Shown here in pieces: positions 6,714 to 11,135 of a stretch of 11,135 nucleotides of DNA (positions are counted from its first letter, which is position 1; each line of letters starts with the position of its first letter). Origin of the DNA: Armatimonadota bacterium (GTDB lineage: Bacteria; Armatimonadota; Armatimonadia; Armatimonadales; Armatimonadaceae); assembly GCA_043754515.1 (NCBI GenBank), contig JAYUUO010000172.1, forward strand, positions 1 to 11,135. Direction: 5' to 3'. The position numbers and the translations under genes were made by a program. The notes under the pieces are model-generated. The model saw nothing but the letters and a program-made list of their open reading frames with translations, made no database searches and had not been told where the DNA came from.

Positions 6714-7207
6714 GTGTATACGTATCTACCATCGTCTGGCAGTACAGCGAGGCGAAACTATCGAACCGCCTACTGATGCTCGCAATCGCCGACTTCGCCG
6801 ATGATCGGGGAGGCAACGCGTACCCCTCCGTCGCCACGCTCGTGGCGAAAACAAAAACGAGCGAACGCCAGGTACGCACGGGGTTGCGCGAACTCGAAGC
6901 GGCGGGGGAACTGGCGGTATCAGTCGGCACTGGCCCGCACGGGTGCAATGAGTACCGCGTACTACTCGCCGAACGCTACTCCTTGCAACCAAAACAATCC
7001 AACAAAAGAATAGTAGCAGATGATTCATCCGAACAGGCGAGATCGGAACAATATTCCCCCCTGAATAACGCCCCCCCCCCCTGCATGATATGCCCCCTGC
7101 ACAATATTCCCCCCTGCATATTGTGCCGTTACCCCTGCATATTGTGCCCCCCCCCCCTGCATATTGTGCCGTTACCCCCTGCACAATATGCCCCCAATCC
7201 GTCATAG
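6710..7207 (+). CDS. replisome organizer / replication initiator N-terminal winged HTH (HTH_36-like)
   Basis: AGGAGG SD, GTGA overlap; RLLMLAIADFADD...AYPSVATLVAKTKTSERQVRTGLRELEAAG...NEYRV. Confidence 0.85.
   Translation: MSVYVSTIVWQYSEAKLSNRLLMLAIADFADDRGGNAYPSVATLVAKTKTSERQVRTGLRELEAAGELAVSVGTGPHGCNEYRVLLAERYSLQPKQSNKRIVADDSSEQARSEQYSPLNNAPPPCMICPLHNIPPCILCRYPCILCPPPLHIVPLPPAQYAPNPS
7046..7195. repeat. iteron-like repeats, putative replication origin
   Basis: CCCCTGCATATTGTGCC at 7111, 7132, 7154; CCCCTGCACAATAT at 7094, 7176; inside the initiator gene as in lambdoid origins. Confidence 0.7.
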
Positions 7208-7770
7208 ATCCACCAACAGATACGTCAGTGATACATCAGTGTGTAGGCGTACCGCCTTCAACGCAACACATTCAGCCAGTGGATTATGTTGATGACCCGT
7301 ACGCCGAAGCCGTCTTGATAGATCCACACGCCGCGACTCCTCCCCCCAAGTCTAAAACCAAACCGGCGACAAAATCACCTGATGACGCCGAGTGGATCGC
7401 GGGACTTCACACCGATGCGGCGTATGCCGGGCTGGACATTGAGCGCGAAACAGCCAAGTGCCGCCGCTGGTGCGACACGAAGCGCATCGTAGTGACCAGG
7501 GCGCGAATAGTCTCATGGCTCAACCGCGCCGACGTGCCTATAGCCGCCGTGAGCGCGGCATTCTCCCAACCGCCCGATTACCTGCCGCGCCGCCAACACT
7601 CGGAGAATCGCGGCGATTCCCGATACACCCCCGGCCCGACACTGGAAGAACTTGCGCAACGCAACGAACAGAGGCGGCGCGATCTATCCGATAGCCGCCA
7701 CGATTACGGATTGCCCGACATACTCACGCTGGATACGAGCCGGAACCGAATAGGAGCAAGCGACCAATGA
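7090..7770 (+). CDS. C-terminal part of replisome organizer (probable frameshifted continuation)
   Basis: Pro/Lys linker then LDIERETAKCRRWC...RIVSWLNRAD; no SD; ATGA-coupled to the next gene. Confidence 0.65.
   Translation: MPPAQYSPLHIVPLPLHIVPPPPAYCAVTPCTICPQSVIDPPTDTSVIHQCVGVPPSTQHIQPVDYVDDPYAEAVLIDPHAATPPPKSKTKPATKSPDDAEWIAGLHTDAAYAGLDIERETAKCRRWCDTKRIVVTRARIVSWLNRADVPIAAVSAAFSQPPDYLPRRQHSENRGDSRYTPGPTLEELAQRNEQRRRDLSDSRHDYGLPDILTLDTSRNRIGASDQ
7599..7624. repeat. palindrome cluster 5 (single core)
   Basis: CTCGGAG-AATCGCGGCGATT-CCCGAT. Confidence 0.85.
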
Positions 7771-8618
7771 CACAAACAATGATGACACGTCCGACAAATA
7801 AAAACGAACAGATTCCCCGCCCCGCCTTGTCGGTCGTGGGCGAATGCCTCGGGATGCTGGAGGCCATGAACGCCGGGAATAACCAGTCGTTTGACGCTCT
7901 GTGGCGGATATACAACACGCTCCTTTCGGCGTGGGGGGATGACCTGTCCATGCGGGTATGCACCCACGCCGTGCTCACCTGCAAGTGGCGACCGGCACCC
8001 GCCAAATTGCGCGAGATCGCCGCCCGGCTCGAATCACCGACACCGAACGCCGACGCCGCGCTGACCGAGGTTCAAACGCTGATTCGCCGGTTCGGGTCAA
8101 ACGCTATGAGGCATCCCGAAAGGCCGAGCGTGCGCGTCATGGGGGAGCCTGATTTCTCCCATCCGCTCGTCGAGTCGGCTGTCCGGCGCATCGGCGGATG
8201 GGCGCGAATCTGCGCGGGGGAGGCGCAGTACCAGGAGGGCGGATTTGAAGGGGCGTTCCGCGCGGTGTATGACCGAGCAGAAACCGACTTCCTGGAGCAG
8301 GTGTCGGTTGCGCTACAGCAGGGTGTACGCCCCGCCGAACTATTCCCACGCTACGCGGTGTTCGCCGAGGAAAAGCGCGGTGATTATTCCGAATCTCGAT
8401 TAGTGCAATCGAAAACCGCGCCGCCTCTGTTTCCATCCGAACGGCTGACGCCGATGCCCGCGAAACTGCGCGATATGATCGCCCGGTTCGGCAAGCGTAC
8501 CGAGGTGCCCGCGTTTGTCAGAGAACCGCGGCAGTTTGCCGAGCATCTGCAAGTGCCGCACTTGTCAGAGCGCGGTCACCTCGGTACGCTTGCCGACAAA
8601 GGAGCCGCCGAATGCTAG
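7767..8618 (+). CDS. helicase loader/inhibitor-like protein (G39P-N / DUF6475-like)
   Basis: follows the initiator; KWRPAPAKLREIA...FSHPLVESAVRRIGGWARIC...AFRAVY. Confidence 0.65.
   Translation: MTQTMMTRPTNKNEQIPRPALSVVGECLGMLEAMNAGNNQSFDALWRIYNTLLSAWGDDLSMRVCTHAVLTCKWRPAPAKLREIAARLESPTPNADAALTEVQTLIRRFGSNAMRHPERPSVRVMGEPDFSHPLVESAVRRIGGWARICAGEAQYQEGGFEGAFRAVYDRAETDFLEQVSVALQQGVRPAELFPRYAVFAEEKRGDYSESRLVQSKTAPPLFPSERLTPMPAKLRDMIARFGKRTEVPAFVREPRQFAEHLQVPHLSERGHLGTLADKGAAEC
8509..8570. repeat. palindrome cluster 6 (2 cores plus half site, mostly inverted orientation)
   Basis: cores at 8524 and 8551; TCTGCAA-GTGCCGCAC-TTGTCAGA at 8546-8569. Confidence 0.9.
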
Positions 8619-9022
8619 AGCATACTGACCCGCTGACCCGCTTCGCCGCGATGATATCGAAAGCCCGCGCGAACGCCCTGCCGAAGATCGCCAGGTTTAC
8701 ACTCTCTGACCTGTGTATGGGGCATGTGGTAGACGACGCCAACGCGGGGGTGTCCGGCGCGGCGGGCGTGCTGGAATCGTGCCCTAACGCCGACCTACGC
8801 GCCCGCGCCGCCCAGACCCTGATCGAGATAGCCGCCGCCTACCGCGAGGCGAGGGCAGGAGTTGCCGCATCTATCGCTCCTACCCCCACCCAGCCAGGCA
8901 CTACCACCGCCGCGCCGGAAATATACACGGGCAACCGGTCAAAGGCGTTAAACGCAATCCGGGGGCTACCCGGCTACCAGTTACCCAAGCCGTCCGAACC
9001 GATAGAGGGAGGGTTATTTTAA
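8612..9022 (+). CDS. hypothetical protein
   Basis: AAGGAG SD; overlaps both neighbours. Confidence 0.7.
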   Translation: MLEHTDPLTRFAAMISKARANALPKIARFTLSDLCMGHVVDDANAGVSGAAGVLESCPNADLRARAAQTLIEIAAAYREARAGVAASIAPTPTQPGTTTAAPEIYTGNRSKALNAIRGLPGYQLPKPSEPIEGGLF

Positions 9023-9630
9023 TGCCACGCGATCAGCAGGTAATACCAGGAATGACAGCGAGCGAGCCGCCAAAAACGAAGCAGGGCGGAATACCGGCGG
9101 CACAAAGACGGCGGCGCATCGAGCAGTATGAGCAGGTGGAACTATTCCGATTCCTATCGAAATTTGAGTCGCGATACCCCCACATGAAACTGATCTACTC
9201 GTCCGGAAACGGCATATTTATGGGGTACGACGCGGGAGCGAAGAGACGCGCCGCGACCGAGGTACAGGCGGGACTCCGCGCCGGAGTCTGGGATATATTC
9301 GTCCCATGCCCCCGACTCGTGTCGCCGGGACTGACTGCGCACGGCATGTACCTTGAAATGAAAACGGGAATAGGCAAACTCTCGCTTGACCAGGAGTATT
9401 TCGGTGCGGCGATGAAGCGTGCTGGATATGTCTGCGTCGTGGCGCGGTCGTGGCACGAAGCCGCCCGCGCCATTCTCGAATACCTTGCTGATTGCCCCGC
9501 CGCTATGAAGGCACTTCCCGATGCTCTGACAAGTGCCGCACTTGCAGATGCTCGGAGAATCTGCAAACGCCGCGTTTGTCAGAGAACAGCCGCTGTTCCC
9601 GACGCAACGCAGGGAAAGAAGGTCGCTTGA
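9022..9630 (+). CDS. VRR-NUC domain nuclease (Holliday-junction-resolvase-like)
   Basis: E-x-x-E-Q, GNG, GLRAGVWDI, HGMYLEMK, KLSLDQ, GYVCVVARS motifs. Confidence 0.85.
   Translation: MPRDQQVIPGMTASEPPKTKQGGIPAAQRRRRIEQYEQVELFRFLSKFESRYPHMKLIYSSGNGIFMGYDAGAKRRAATEVQAGLRAGVWDIFVPCPRLVSPGLTAHGMYLEMKTGIGKLSLDQEYFGAAMKRAGYVCVVARSWHEAARAILEYLADCPAAMKALPDALTSAALADARRICKRRVCQRTAAVPDATQGKKVA
9515..9602. repeat. palindrome cluster 7 (3 cores)
   Basis: cores at 9531, 9565, 9585; 9547-9602 is identical to 6362-6417. Confidence 0.9.
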
Positions 9631-10661
9631 TGAAACCACCTTTCCCTTACTTCGGTGGAAAACGAAACGTCGCTGGCGTCGTGTGGGAGCGGCTCGGTCT
9701 CGATGCCGACGTGTACACCGAACCGTTTGCCGGGTCACTCGCCGTGCTACTCGCCCGACCCGGTGGCGCGGCAAGGTGGGAAACAGTGAACGACATTGAC
9801 GGGTGCCTCACGAACTTCTGGCGGGCAGTGCGTGCCGATCCTGATCAGGTCGCGAAGATCGCCGATTATCCCGTATCGGAAATTGATCTGCACGCTCGCC
9901 ACGCGTACTTGATTCGTGGGAGAGCCGACCTTACGGAAAAACTTATCGCCGACCCACACTATTACGACGTGGAACGAGCGGCGTGGTGGGTATGGGGTGC
10001 GTGTTTATGGCTAGGTGGCGGATGGTGCGCGGATTCGTCCATGTGCGTCAATCAGGAGGGGAGTAAAAAGCAAATACCGCAGATTAACCAGAACAATGGT
10101 GTCGGTTTAGCCATGCGAGAAGCCCCGGAAACGCGGAGGCAAATACCAGCCCTAAACCAGAACGCACAAACAGGCATAAATACCCGTTCGGTCTGTACTA
10201 CATCGGGCGGTGTGTTGCGCTGGTTCAACGAACTTGCGGATCGGCTCCGGCACGTTCGGATATGTTGCGGCGATTTTGCGCGTGTACTAACCCCAACAGT
10301 CACCGAGAATATGGGCGGGTCCGGCGTCACTGCCGTTTTCCTTGATCCTCCGTACTGCCAGGCGACCGCTGGCCGAAACAATAATCTCTATGCTATGGAG
10401 ACCGAATCATCTACACCCGCGCGGGAGTGGGCGATAGCGCATGGCGACGACCACCGGTACCGAATCGCTATTTGTGGCTACGATGGCGAGCATGACATGC
10501 CAGACGGCTGGGATTGCTACGAATGGACGGCACGCGGCGGCTATGGGAACGCTGGCAAGGGCGCGACTATCGCCAAAGCGAACAGGAAACGAGAACGAAT
10601 CTGGTTCAGTCCGCATTGCCTGAAGCCACGCCAGTCAAGTTTGTTCGGGGCCGACGGGTAA
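9630..10661 (+). CDS. DNA adenine methyltransferase (D12/Dam-like)
   Basis: PFPYFGGK, YTEPFAGSLAV, VNDID, FLDPPY motifs; TGATG overlap at 9628-9632. Confidence 0.92.
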   Translation: MKPPFPYFGGKRNVAGVVWERLGLDADVYTEPFAGSLAVLLARPGGAARWETVNDIDGCLTNFWRAVRADPDQVAKIADYPVSEIDLHARHAYLIRGRADLTEKLIADPHYYDVERAAWWVWGACLWLGGGWCADSSMCVNQEGSKKQIPQINQNNGVGLAMREAPETRRQIPALNQNAQTGINTRSVCTTSGGVLRWFNELADRLRHVRICCGDFARVLTPTVTENMGGSGVTAVFLDPPYCQATAGRNNNLYAMETESSTPAREWAIAHGDDHRYRIAICGYDGEHDMPDGWDCYEWTARGGYGNAGKGATIAKANRKRERIWFSPHCLKPRQSSLFGADG

Positions 10662-10729
10662 GCCGATCAGTCTCTGATATTGTTCACGATTTGGGGAGAG
10701 ACGGTGACACGCGCTCGGGTTATTGTCCT

Positions 10730-10757
10730 CGGGGGAGGTCACACTCCCCCGTTTTTT
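10730..10757 (+). terminator. rho-independent terminator
   Basis: CGGGGGAG-GTCACA-CTCCCCCG followed by T6. Confidence 0.8.
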
Positions 10758-10758
10758 A

Positions 10759-10819
10759 AGCGCGGTCTGCGGGCAGACGTTCGACGGAACGGGAGTAGGT
10801 TCGATCCCTACACGCGCTA
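10759..10819 (+). ncRNA. tRNA-like element with truncated D and anticodon arms
   Basis: acceptor AGCGCG/CGCGCT; canonical T-arm GTAGG-TTCGATC-CCTAC; two short hairpins replace the D and anticodon arms. Confidence 0.55.
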
Positions 10820-10837
10820 TTTGGTACCAACACGAAC

Positions 10838-10981
10838 ATGAACACCACACCAGATAAAACTACACCGAGACGGGGGGATTCTCACCGATCACCCACATGT
10901 GTGGATTTGTTTTCCGGCATTGGCGGATTTTCACTCTCGGCGGCTATCGAGTTTCTGCAAAACCGGGGGGCGAGCGCATGA
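10838..10981 (+). pseudogene. truncated DNA cytosine-5 methyltransferase remnant (47 aa)
   Basis: manual translation contains VDLFSGIGGFSLSA (C5-MTase motif I) and then stops. Confidence 0.65.
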
Positions 10982-11135
10982 CAGTACGGCAACGGCTGCC
11001 GGTACACCCGGCGATAGGCGATAGGCTGCGCGTCCCTGGCACGGGCGTTATTGTCGAGGTGGTAGGCCTCGAGTTTAGCCTGGAACTGATTCCTGAGTTT
11101 CGCGTGCGTATCCCCGCCCAGTATGTAGCAGATTA
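10978..11135 (+). CDS. 5' part of hypothetical protein (runs off window)
   Basis: ATGA overlap; MTVRQRLPVHPAIGDRLRVPGTGVIVEVVGLEF, open to edge. Confidence 0.6.
   Translation, partial: MTVRQRLPVHPAIGDRLRVPGTGVIVEVVGLEFSLELIPEFRVRIPAQYVAD

Noticed and set aside
6362..9602. Diversity-generating retroelement TR/VR pair
   Set aside because: Copies are identical or differ at non-adenine positions, and no reverse transcriptase is in the window
9492..9629. N-terminal extension of the Dam-like ORF in the ORF track
   Set aside because: It is repeat sequence overlapping VRR-NUC; ATG 9630 is stop-coupled and matches the family start
10662..10729. Second structured RNA (GTCTCT/AGAGAC pairing) after the methyltransferase
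   Set aside because: Only a 6-bp long-range stem; not enough support by eye
10759..10829. Functional decoding tRNA ending at the CCA at 10827-10829
   Set aside because: No 7-nt anticodon loop, and the CCA is 8 nt beyond the discriminator position

Overview
GC-rich early region of a temperate phage or phage-like integrative element. It holds a divergent block of small early genes (including a SWIM Zn-finger protein), a large serine integrase, a CI/Cro-like HTH switch and a DUF3102-like HTH protein. Downstream are a replisome-organizer gene split by a frameshift in its iteron/poly-C region, a G39P/DUF6475-like loader protein, a VRR-NUC nuclease, a Dam-like methyltransferase, a terminator, a shrunken tRNA-like element and a truncated C5-methyltransferase remnant. 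The most unusual signal is a dispersed modular palindrome family, core AA-NN-GCSGC-NN-TT, with 19 copies counted by eye in 7 clusters. Six clusters sit in-frame inside unrelated genes in different reading frames, and one overlaps the predicted integrase promoter. All protein family calls come from motif recognition by eye, not database searches.
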